A stretch of DNA of 64,000 nucleotides from Utricularia gibba (Eukaryota > Plantae > Magnoliophyta): positions 2,604,001 to 2,668,000 of the forward strand of contig NEEC01000013.1 of the NCBI GenBank assembly GCA_002189035.1, written 5' to 3'. Position numbers and translations under genes: made by a program. Of this stretch, positions 12,109 to 22,715 are shown piece after piece. The notes under the pieces are model-generated. The model did no database searches, was not told where the DNA came from, and was given only the letters and a program-made list of their open reading frames with translations. Numbering within the stretch: the first letter of the stretch is position 1; each line of letters begins with the position of its first letter.

Positions 12109-13870
12109 ATGGGTTGTTTCGTTTCTACCACGAGAAAGCAGTTCCCTCCGCATGAAAACCCCATTCTTCTTGCATCACAAACTTACTGTAAGTTGGCTTT
12201 TTGTGTGTTTTTATTTGATGTTCTTTGCCTATAGTTTTTGAGAACTAGATATTGTTTTTTTTTTTAACTCTCAACTCTGATGTGTTTGAAATATGGAATT
12301 TCTATCTATCTCTGCGTTTCTATTCTTCCTGAATAACTGAAAAATCTCCTATGCCTTTATTTTGCTGCTGCAGTCAGTGTGAGTGAAGTTGAAGCACTAT
12401 ATGAGCTCTATAAGAACATTAGCAAATCGGATGTTGATGATGGTCTCATAAACAAGGTATTCATACTTTATGATTCCCTTCTTTCAATTAGGCTTTTATA
12501 ACATGATGAGACATCGTGCTTGTGTATGACTTTGATGCCTTCAGCTTCTCTATTCTCTTCTGACCATTGTTCCAATATGCAGGAAAAATTTCAAATGGCT
12601 TTGTTCAAGAATAGTAACAAGGAGAATCTTTTTGCAAATCGTGTAGGTCTCCTTTCATTTATTTTGGCTAGTTCACAAATTAATGTTGCAATTTCAGAAT
12701 TTCTACTGCTCGCCCAAATTTACTCTTTCTGTAAATGCACGAGCATTCTTGTCTATGTATTTGTGATTTGGTGGGGAAAATATCCTGGAAACTGCAAATC
12801 TTGAAATATGACCCTACATTTACTATTGCCCTGTCAAAAGACACACCACATCATTACATTGGGGAAATCTGAATTAATATCCCTTTCCGATAATCACTAC
12901 TTCCCCGATGTAATGGTGTTGTGTGTCTTAAAGGGTTTGTTCATCAGATAGACTACTTTTTTATACTTCATAACACTTCAATGACTGCCCTTTTTTTTTT
13001 ATCACAGATGTTTGACCTATTTGACGTGAATCAAAAAGGAGTGATTAACTTCTGTGATTTTGTCAAGTCACTCAACGTCTTCCATCCAAATGCCCCATTG
13101 GAAGATAAAATTGACTGTAAGTATTTGAGATAGATACCTTTCTTGTTTACGCCATGCAGGATTTTACCATTGCAGACCTTTGCAACTTTGCAGTTTCCTT
13201 TAAGTTGTATGACTTAGATGGAAATGGATACATCGAGCGAGAAGAGGTATTTGCATTAGATTTTAGCTTTCAGAGACTGCAGTTGGCCTCCTGTCTTTCT
13301 GTTAAAAGTACCAAAAATCATTATGAATGCCTTTTTTTTTCTGATTCTTGTTAGAAACTGCGATCATGCGAAAATGAATACCAACATTTGCTTTCTTCAC
13401 TTTCATTGAAATCATCTTGCAAGGCTTTTTATTGTTAGTGATGTCTTCAGGTTAAGCAAATGCTGACTGTGCTTTTATTCGAATCTGACATGGTTCTGGC
13501 AGATGACACTGTTGAAACTATACTCGATAAGGTATGTGACTCAAATGCTGGTACCCAAATGCAACTCTTCATTGACAGAAATGCCTCTAAATCATGCTCC
13601 TTGACAGACATTCGTGGAAGCTGATACCGATGGAGATGGCAAAATAGACAGAGATGAGTGGCAGAAATTCGTATCCCGGAATCCTTCACTCCTGAAGATC
13701 ATGACACTACCATACTTAAGGTATGCATGCAGTAAGTTGATCAGAGAGCAAGTAGTCCTTAAGCTGGAGAGAACTCCATTCAAGGTCTGTGTGTGTTGTG
13801 TTGCAGGGATATAACCACAACATTTCCCAGCTTTGTGTTCCACTCAAACGTTGATGAAGGTGCTACTTGA
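12109..13870 (+). CDS. CBL1: Calcineurin B-like calcium sensor, CBL1/CBL9 type
   Basis: Eight coding exons: MGCFVS (myristoylation/S-acylation motif), [19 protein letters not shown], four EF-hand regions, [13 protein letters not shown]|[20 protein letters not shown] (FPSF motif). CBL1 versus CBL9 cannot be resolved by eye. Confidence 0.93.
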
Positions 13871-14312
13871 TGTGGATGCCCTCTCAGTCCTCGTTGGAGT
13901 TTTTCTGAGTGAATAATGAAGAATCCCAACTCGTGTTTGCTTTCTGCTACAGAGAAGTAGGATTTCATTTCCCTGCCATGTCTTCATGCTGTGTTTATAA
14001 GCATTGAAATTGTTTCCACCGCTTACATATACTTCATAAAGCCATATAGTTTATTATGATCATCTTTTTTATTTGTATTTAAAAAATCGTGATTAAAATA
14101 TAATTAAATTATTTTAAATTCATAGAATCTTATTTAAAATAATGATTTTTATATTCATATTTATTTTTAAAACGAGAATATTAGGGAAAATATAGAGAAA
14201 AAAATGAGACATGTATCAAGGGTAAAAAGGGAAATGGAGTATTTCTAAGAACTGCTGTCCGGAAAGTCGAGCGGCGCAATCTGCAGTTGGAGTTCGTAAG
14301 GGATTTTTTAGT

Positions 14313-15758
14313 ATGGCGAAGTCCATAGGAATGGAAGCCATGGAGAGTATCGCCGGCAGGCTGTCGCTGATGGAAGACTTGTACTTTCCTCGCAAGCTTC
14401 AGGTTTCCGCCGACGCCGACGCTGACACCCGCAAGTCGCTGCTTCTCGGCCTTCTTTCCGCTGACGCGCCCGTCTTTTTGGGTAATTCTCGGCTTTTGTG
14501 TTTTCGTGTTTCGACTGAACGAGGTTTCAGCGCTTTCTGATGAGTTATTGCTCCATGTTGGTCTGCTTTTGTGGTTTAGTGATATGATAACCGAAACTGA
14601 TGATTGCGGATGAAATGCTCTTATTGTATTTGTTGCCTGAGGTTTTCTGATTATCCAGAGCGATATGGTTCGAGATTATCTCTTGAGGAGCTCAAACAAT
14701 TTGATGTGTTGAAGGATGATTATGAAGTCAATTGGCACTTAAATCACCTTAGACGCATCATTAGTCCAACAGATGAGGATAAGTCGTCCATGGCAACACG
14801 GATCAAAAATCGGAGGTTGGCGTACCTGGATAAGCTTATAAATGATGGGAGTTATTTTTCTGAGGAGGCAATGAGAGAAAGAGAGCCATATTTGCATCAT
14901 GAATATGTTGGGAAGTTTCAGGATCTAAATGCTAGGAGAATGGCAAGGCCTGGTGAGCGTTGGTCAGAAACGCTCATGAGGCAATCTGAAGAAGCCTTCT
15001 TGGTGGAGAAGATCAGAGGGGAGCAGCAAAGGTTGGGTATTGCTCAGAGTGATTGGATAGGGATTGAAACAGAAACACAAAGGCAAGAAGAGGAGGTTGA
15101 GGAGGAGGAGGAGGAGGAGGAAGAAGAAGAAGAAGAAGAAGAAGAAGAAGAGGAAGCAGAGGAAGAAGTGGACATTAGAAGAAAAGATGAAGTATCACTA
15201 GAGAAAGAAAATCAACGAGAGGTTGAAGCTATGACAGTAGACCGCCCCACGACAAGCCCTCGGTCCACTATGGTATGAGTTCATTTTTTGGATCCTTTAT
15301 TTCAACAGAGTGCATCAACTTTAGAACCGGGGTTCGTAAACCACTATATGCTTCCCTTTTGAAATTATACATCTCTCTCTTTCTATGAACTTAAGCTGTG
15401 TGCCCTTGCACTTGTAGACATGAGGACCATTTTCTGTGCACGAAGCCATGCTTGGCTCTTGTGGATATCCTTCCTTGGGTTGTTGAGTAATCTCCATTGT
15501 TTTGGCTTGATTCTATAGGTGATGGGTGATCAAAACCAAGCCGATGATGCTGATGGCTCCAGGACGGGGGTACTGTCTCCTGGTGAAATGCAGGATAGGC
15601 TCGACCAATTCACTTATGTGATGCAACAGAAGTTTCTATCAGGTGAAGACCATCTGCATCTCGACTACCGAAAAATCGACGAAGATGTGACACTGGATGA
15701 TCACTGGTTGAGAGAAGCAAATCAAGATGCTGAAGAGAAGTACTTTGATGATATGTGA
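14313..15758 (+). CDS. Coiled-coil domain-containing protein 97-like (DUF2052) with poly-Glu tract
   Basis: Exons 14313..14481, 14659..15272, 15519..15758: DAPVFL|ERYG, KNRRLAYLDKL..YFSEEAMREREPYLHHEYVG, QQKFLSGED..LDDHW..DAEEKYFDD*. Confidence 0.85.
15099..15155 (+). repeat. (GAG)7(GAA)10 coding microsatellite (poly-Glu)
   Basis: Directly visible trinucleotide runs inside the CCDC97-like exon 2. Confidence 0.95.
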
Positions 15759-16156
15759 AGCTACAAACGGTTACCATACGGCTGTTCGCTCTGTATGATT
15801 ACGAGTCCAGGCTCACTTGTAGTCACTGTTTGAGAAATGGTGCGAATTTTAGCATAAATTGGTTTTAAATTCTCTGTATAAAAATATAAAAAACATTTTT
15901 TTTGTAGATTCCATTTTATCAGAAAAAATACTTTTCAAAAAATTATAAAAGTAGATTAGTTATCAAAATAGTACTCTATAAGTTTTTAACTCCGCCTCAG
16001 GAAAGGCTTCAAACAATGCTTACAAGTAATAGCTTACAACAAGCTTGCAAAGGGGACTGAGGAGGTTCCAAACCCCACTCGATGACTCCAGTTTGATCCC
16101 CAGATATCAAACAGACAACTACAAATATGGAAAAAAGATCCAGAAATGGATTAACG

Positions 16157-19100
16157 CTAATGAGAGTGCAGTTGTTGAAGATGATAAGTGATCACATCTG
16201 GGCATGTTTGATCTTGGAGGAGTTCGAGTCTGGTAAACGGGGGAGCGAACTGTAATATGTAGTCCTCATCTGCAACCAGATTCACATTAAACTAAACAAA
16301 CGTGTGTCAAATAACTCAGCATTTGTCCATTCACCCGTCCCACTTACTTTCCTTTACTGTGCCGTAAAGCCAGCAGAGTACCTCATCAGCAAATGCCAGG
16401 CAGACTCCTCCCTGTGGGTACGCTATCGGGTGAGACGAGAAAAAACTACATAAACTCATCTGATATAAACAGGGTTTGTTCCATTTCTCCATCAGAGGAC
16501 CAGCGAAGTTCGTGTTGTATAGATTTCTAAGAGGACAGAAAAAATAATGGGAAGCCAGAAGGAGAAAGTATACCTGCCAGTATCCTTTCATCTTTACTCT
16601 GTGCGTAATATCTTTTGTTCTTAGGCGTTCAGTACGTACAAGTCTGCCACTATCATCTCTGCCATAAAAAAGTAAGGCATCCAGTGAAGCATGGACAGCA
16701 AAAGACCGGTTTATGACCTTTCTATAAAGGTTAGTTCATTCAGTTTGGTGTTAATTTTCTCTTGTGCAAACAATAATGCATCAAGATATACATTACAGTA
16801 CCTGAACCCAATAACAATGTAAGGAACGCCAGCAAGAAACGACTGAATCTGCAAAAGAAATTAACTTCTAAATATCAAGATGAAATAATCTGGAAGACAA
16901 GTTATGGTAATGTCCTGGAGGTTGAAAAAAGCAAAATGTAACCAAGAACAAATATTACCCAGAACTTGAGTAATTTCTCCCTCTCATATCGCTCTTCTGA
17001 ACGATAGTCTAACTGCAGAGGAATACATACAACACTTAGGTTATGATATGAAACAGGTCCCATGAGATGCTCATTATGCATACCTCGCGAGTTGTCTTCA
17101 GTTCCACATAAAATCTCTTACCAGAATCTGTAGAATCACAGCAATCCATTTCCGCACCCATAAGTATCCGATGAGCTCCTAATTTGGTCTTCAACACGGA
17201 GCAATATTCAACATTGGCATCAACATGATGTATCCCTTCCCCATCAGCTCTATTAGGATCCTCAGTTGCAAGAGCCTCAAAGCAATATCCCCAATAACAT
17301 CTTAAGAGATAGGAAGTAAAAAAATTAGTGTTCGGCTTTAGTTATATAGGAGAGGATGAGATATTTATCCAAAAACAACTGAAACATTATACATAGGAAA
17401 AATGTAAGGAACATTCATGGCATATTTGCTTTCAGAATATAAACTCCTATTCCCGGAACTGTAGCTAGCTAATTTCACGTAGGCCAATTGACCAAGTGAA
17501 ATAAGAATTTATTTGACATCTTAAAATTCTGTTCTACCAAAAATGGCTTTGTAGCAGATCAACATAAACAGATAGTACACAGGGAGACGATCAGGAAACA
17601 TGAGCGGGGATAAAAATGAAAGGAAAACATTAGAAAAGATGCTACCTAAATCTTATCCAAAAAAAGATAGTGACATTATCAGTGAAAATAAACAACAAAG
17701 AGGTTACCTCCGACGATCAAGTTCAGTCAATGGCCTTTCGGGCAATTTATGAACATCCAGATAGACCACCCCATTCCTTTTATGTACCCCCATTTCCCAA
17801 GGCTCATGCCTAATATAAGCGGTAGCCAAAATCTGTATATGAAAAGTTCCAGAATCTAAACTAATGAATGCCTGATGGCACATAAAAACAGAAAAAGATG
17901 AACATTGATTTAAGAATGAACATACCAAAAGCAATACATCATGATAGTTTACCCAAAAAAGCACAGTAATCAGAACCAGTATTTACCTTATTAAGGTTGT
18001 TACGGTATGTCTGCAAAGGAAAAAATAGTGAAAGTTCATTAAATAAAAAATTATTCTTAAACCACGGAGTAAACAATATAGCTTCTGATCTTACCACAAA
18101 GTGCATGTTCTGGAGGGGTATGTTTTTGTGCCTTATCGCAGCTAGTAAGTCACCAAACCCCTGAGAACCCAAGTCTGGAGTGATCACAGAGGAGAATTTT
18201 TCTGATTATGTGAAATTACAATGTTTGGTTTTGCAAGAATTCAAGGCAGACACAGACTACCTCTCTTCTCAACGTATGTATCAAAGCCATCATTTAAGTC
18301 AGCTCCAATATCTTCAGTTATAAGACGCTTGAACAACCTCTAGCATTGAGAAAATATTTATAGGGCTAAATAATTATTTATAAAGATACATTAAAAATTG
18401 AATTCAAGGATGGCAAAAGAAAAAAAGAAACTCACCAAAATGCGATCATCAAAGTGGACACATCCATCTTCTAAACGACTGAAGCATGCAAGTTCGCATG
18501 GCTGGTTTGGATAAAATAGATAAAAGTAATGATGGCATTTTGGTGGGAATTATTAGGGCCATAAGCTTACTAAAAGTATTTTAGATATTAATTACTCAAC
18601 AACATACAATCATGCGCAAAACCCAACTACTTTTAAACCCACCCAAAATATTGCTTGTACACAAAGGCCAAAACAGGACCATCACATCCTTCTACGCTAT
18701 CCATGATAAGCCCCTAACCCAAGCTACAGTAGAAAAAACCTTTGAAAAATAAATCACATTATTACATCACTGCTGAAGAGAAATATAGAATTTAAAAATG
18801 AAATAGGCTAGGGATTTGTGATTTCAGGAAACGTAAAATATTACCTCCTGAAAAGGAATGACCTTTCGGGCTAATGTTTCTTCACTTTTTGTGAATTTTA
18901 ACTCAGAAACAAAACGCTCATCACGAGGACCACTGAAAAACTTTTGACCATAGCCATAATTTCCTCTTTGTTGATATGAACCTGGACGAGGCAGAAGTCC
19001 CTGTCCTCTACCATTCTGCCAGCGACCACGCCCAAAACCTCCTCCTCCTCCTCCTCCTCCAGTGTTATTGCGCAAGGGAGGCAAAACTGGGTGCACAAGG

Positions 19101-19938
19101 AAACAATAAGTGAAGATATCAACAAAACTAAGAAATGAACAAAGCCCCGTGCCAATAATTTACCCAAAAGGGCGCATCCAAGAACCCAATTATAAGAGAT
19201 GAAAGTCGTCATCCAATTCAATGTCTAAGCAACCAATTAATAGACATAAAACCTGGAACCAAGAAATCTAAAACTCAAAAAAATATACAGAATACCTTCG
19301 ATGTTTAAAATCTTTGAAGTGCCAATACCATGCCCAGAAAACTTCTGGGTATCCAACAATAGAAAAGTTTAACATGAATGCCTCTATCAACTATTAGACT
19401 ACACGATCGCCATTATCGAGACTTTTAGAATGCCATCGTAATTTTCAACATGATCCAAGTAAGAGAACTTGAAATTTCATCCAGAAATTAAAGCTAAATA
19501 AGCTAACAAATAAACCCTGGGAAACAACATACCGGGCACAAGGTATGGACTTCGGGCCGGGACTTTGACATAATCCTCATTATCAGGGCCAAATAGATCT
19601 TTCTCCTCCACTTGCACATCCTCATAATTCTCAAAATTTTGGCGACTATCCCCATCATCTACGAAGCCGTAATGGCGGTCATCAGACCTCACCTCTTTGT
19701 TATTCTCATCATTCTCCTCTTCAGCTTCGCTACTGCTGCTGCCGCCCCGACCAGAAGACGAAGATGAACCGGATGAAGACGCCTGCGATGAGGCGCCCGA
19801 AGACGACGAAGACGAACCGGAAGAGGAATTCTGCCGCGGGCGCTCCCCGTTCTGTTCTTCTTCATCATCATCAGTGTTGTTTGCAGCTTCTTCGTCGGAT
19901 TCGCCAAACAAATTCAGGGATCGGCCGGCGTAATCCAT
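16157..19938 (-). CDS. DXO1: NAD-capped RNA hydrolase / decapping nuclease DXO1 with plant-specific N-terminal extension
   Basis: About 12 exons: acidic/Ser-rich and Gly-Arg N-terminus, [61 protein letters not shown] (PD-(D/E)xK nuclease), KFW|[33 protein letters not shown]. Confidence 0.93.
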
Positions 19939-20140
19939 TCAATGAAATTTATCAGAAATCGTCGGACCGGAAAACCAGCCAAGCCAAAGCACACACTGAA
20001 CCCGATAATCTCGTCGTAGGTTTATGGATTTTTTATATAGTTTCTGTTTATTTTGGCAAAATTAATTCGACTAACAAATAAATAAAATACTTTTCTACCT
20101 TTCCCTAAAAAAAAAAAAAAACATCCGTACCTTCATCATG

Positions 20141-20212
20141 TTGGGCTGGAACTGGGCCGAAGTTAATAGTCTAGGCCCAATAACAAGCTGAATTAAAATA
20201 TGGTTGGCCCAA
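20141..20212. promoter_or_regulatory. Site II (TGGGCY/GGCCCA) cluster in the DXO1 upstream region
   Basis: TGGGCT, TGGGCC and two GGCCCA motifs within about 70 bp, about 200 bp upstream of the DXO1 ATG. Confidence 0.55.
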
Positions 20213-20558
20213 ACCGTCATTGCCCGGGAGAGGCGCTGGTATCTGCAATTAACCGTTTCTGCTCTTCTTCGTAAGAGGCAGTTTACAGCTGATCAGATCA
20301 GAGCAAGAGAAAGTTTGAGAGACTTGTCTTCGGTGAGGATCGATCAGTCCGTTGTCTCTCTGATTCTGTGAGAGAAGACGGCGATTGTCATTGTGCTGTG
20401 AGGATTCAATATTTTTGAGAGTACAAGTTAGAAATGTCGTTGTATTGGTGTAGTTCTGGTGCACAGGAGCATCATGCTGTAGCATCATAATTGATGAAGG
20501 AAAAGATTTTTCTACAATATTTCTGATCCTTATACTGGATAATGAATTTCGTTGGATT

Positions 20559-20637
20559 GGTTGCTGCTTTGAGGTTGTTAATATTACTAGAGCTGGGATT
20601 TGCTGCACTTGTGTTCTTTGACAAAAATTGGAAATAG
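20559..20637 (+). pseudogene. Probable relic of a TOM2A/tetraspanin-18-20-like gene
   Basis: 20575..20637 reads LLILLELGFAALVFFDKNWK*, close to the recalled TOM2A segment LLILVELG(F/C)AAFIFFD(K/N)SW. It is preceded in another frame by GCC (ggttgctgctttgag). There is no intact ORF. Confidence 0.5.
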
Positions 20638-20992
20638 GCTTGTTGAAGTGTATATGCCATATTTGAAAAATACGATCTCCATGGACTTCGAACTTCCGGT
20701 CTGTATGCTAGATTCTGAAGTTACGGGAAGTGCATCATACTCATTTGCTGATTAATCTGGAGTGATCAGTCACACTTCATTGCTGATTGATCAATCACCC
20801 TTCAGGTCTGTTACGCATCCAGGGCATTCTTCTTCGGAAAAATCGTTATGTGAATGCATATCTTGCATCTCTGTAACATGAGGGTAGGCTTTCATTGTAG
20901 TGTCTGAATCATAAATGCGTTTACTTTGTTCCAGAAGGAGCATTGTGACCTTGTTTGAACAAGAAAAGAGCTAAGACAGGGAGGAGTGACAA

Positions 20993-22328
20993 CTAAGGCC
21001 GCAACCTCTCCAACAACTTGGATGCATCAATGAAACCTCCTAATGGCCCCAAGGAAGAGTATTTTATAGCTCTCCATCTGCAGGAAGAAAAAACTTTTTA
21101 AACATGTTTTAGATTTTGACAGATTGGCATACATTATTTTCCATGAAATTGTAGAACTCAATATCATAGAATCCGGACCAAGGAACCAAGCATTCTTTCA
21201 TCTAGGTGCAACGTCACAACAACAGACCAGGCAGAGAGGAGTATCCCACTCTCATGTACGAGAAAATTCAGCTAAAAAAGAAAAAAAAGCAATGAATCTG
21301 TAGATTTTGACCATTGTAATAGAACAAGATGGTATACAACCTGGGGGTATACGGAAGAGCAAAACAATGAAGATGAAGGTGATCAACACTGTTGAATGGT
21401 GGCTGGTGGAACCCAAATCTGAATAAAACACACAAACAAAACCTCAACATCTTCGCTCCAAAATCAGAACAGGACAGGCTCGAGGAGTTTGTTGTGAAAG
21501 ATTAAAATCTAAGGAACGAAGTGGATGGAAACAATAAGCCATACCGGTGTTTGGCTGTGCAAGGTGCATCTTTTTGCATCAGGCCTTGGCCAACTAGTAA
21601 CATGTGATTTACTACAAAGAGCAGAGAAAAGCCACAGAGGGTATTACAATTTCATTCAACTACAATTTTCTAACACATCATGCACATTCTTCATTTAGAT
21701 AGAGAGCACCCAAATTTGGATGTAAAACCTGTTAAACAGAATAAGCAGGGTCATCTTAAGAAGAATTCTAACATTGATAATATTATACCTAATGAATAAT
21801 CTTCCGGTCTGCGCTTCAGATCTTTCACCGTAGGTATGTGCACTCTAGGAATGACCAAGTAATGCCTGAATCAACAAAGCTCAGAGTGTAAGAACAGTGA
21901 AGATACATGATATCCCAGTAATGAAGCAAACCAACAGGTCACCCATTCTCACACCATTAACAACCATGGCATGCAAACCTGAAGGCTGAGGGGTTGATGT
22001 CTTGGAAAGCAACTACTTTATCATCCTGCAACCAGCCATACATAATATTCTCAGCATTACATCCACAAGGATAGGTGAGTTTTTTCTTTAGAAAAAAAGG
22101 TTGCAAGTATTTAAAATTAAGAAAGGAAACTTTTTCACAATTATCAAACGCTTATGGCTCACTTTACATGGGAATTCAACTACAGACACTGAATCAGTGG
22201 TTCATCTGGGATTGGATACACCAGAAAGTTAGCAACTTTAACCTTCAAACCTGATGTAGAAGGACCGTAGAGGTTGAAGAGCGCGCTATCTGGCAAAATA
22301 TACAAGAAGCTGGTTGCGTTGTGCCCAT
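20993..22328 (-). CDS. HINT4: Histidine triad nucleotide-binding protein HINT4 (adenylylsulfatase-type)
   Basis: Six exons: SCIFCQIAR, DDKVVAFQDINPSAFR|HYLVIP, FGFHQPPFNSVDHLHLHCFALPY (HxHxH triad), WRAIKYSSLGPLGGFI. Confidence 0.94.
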
Positions 22329-22715
22329 CCCTCATACGATCTTTTTAGTTCCTATTGCAATATCGTCATCTAGGAACACCATCTTCAAATTTCACCATAA
22401 ACCAATAGAAAGAAAGCAAATGCTACCATAAACAGGTAGCTGCGCTGCACCTTGCCATCAGAAGTCCACCGCCGGAGTTCGCCGGATATCCCGAAGCGTT
22501 GTGATCGTGTTGCCTGGAATTATTTTACTTGATAATAAAAGCATAAAGTCGCGTTTCGGCGGTGCAAAGTATCAGGGTTGTGCCAAAAACGCGTGTAATT
22601 CACATTTTCTCATACGCACCCCACCGAGTCTCCTTCACGTTTGAGTTTTGGCAATCGATTCTTTAAGCAGCTGTAGAACTCCGATTTTGGGATCTGGGCT
22701 CCTGAGATCTTAGGG

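Noticed and set aside
20490-20527. TGATGA...CTGA as a C/D box snoRNA
   Set aside because: The boxes are only about 35 nt apart, with no terminal stem or recognisable rRNA guide.
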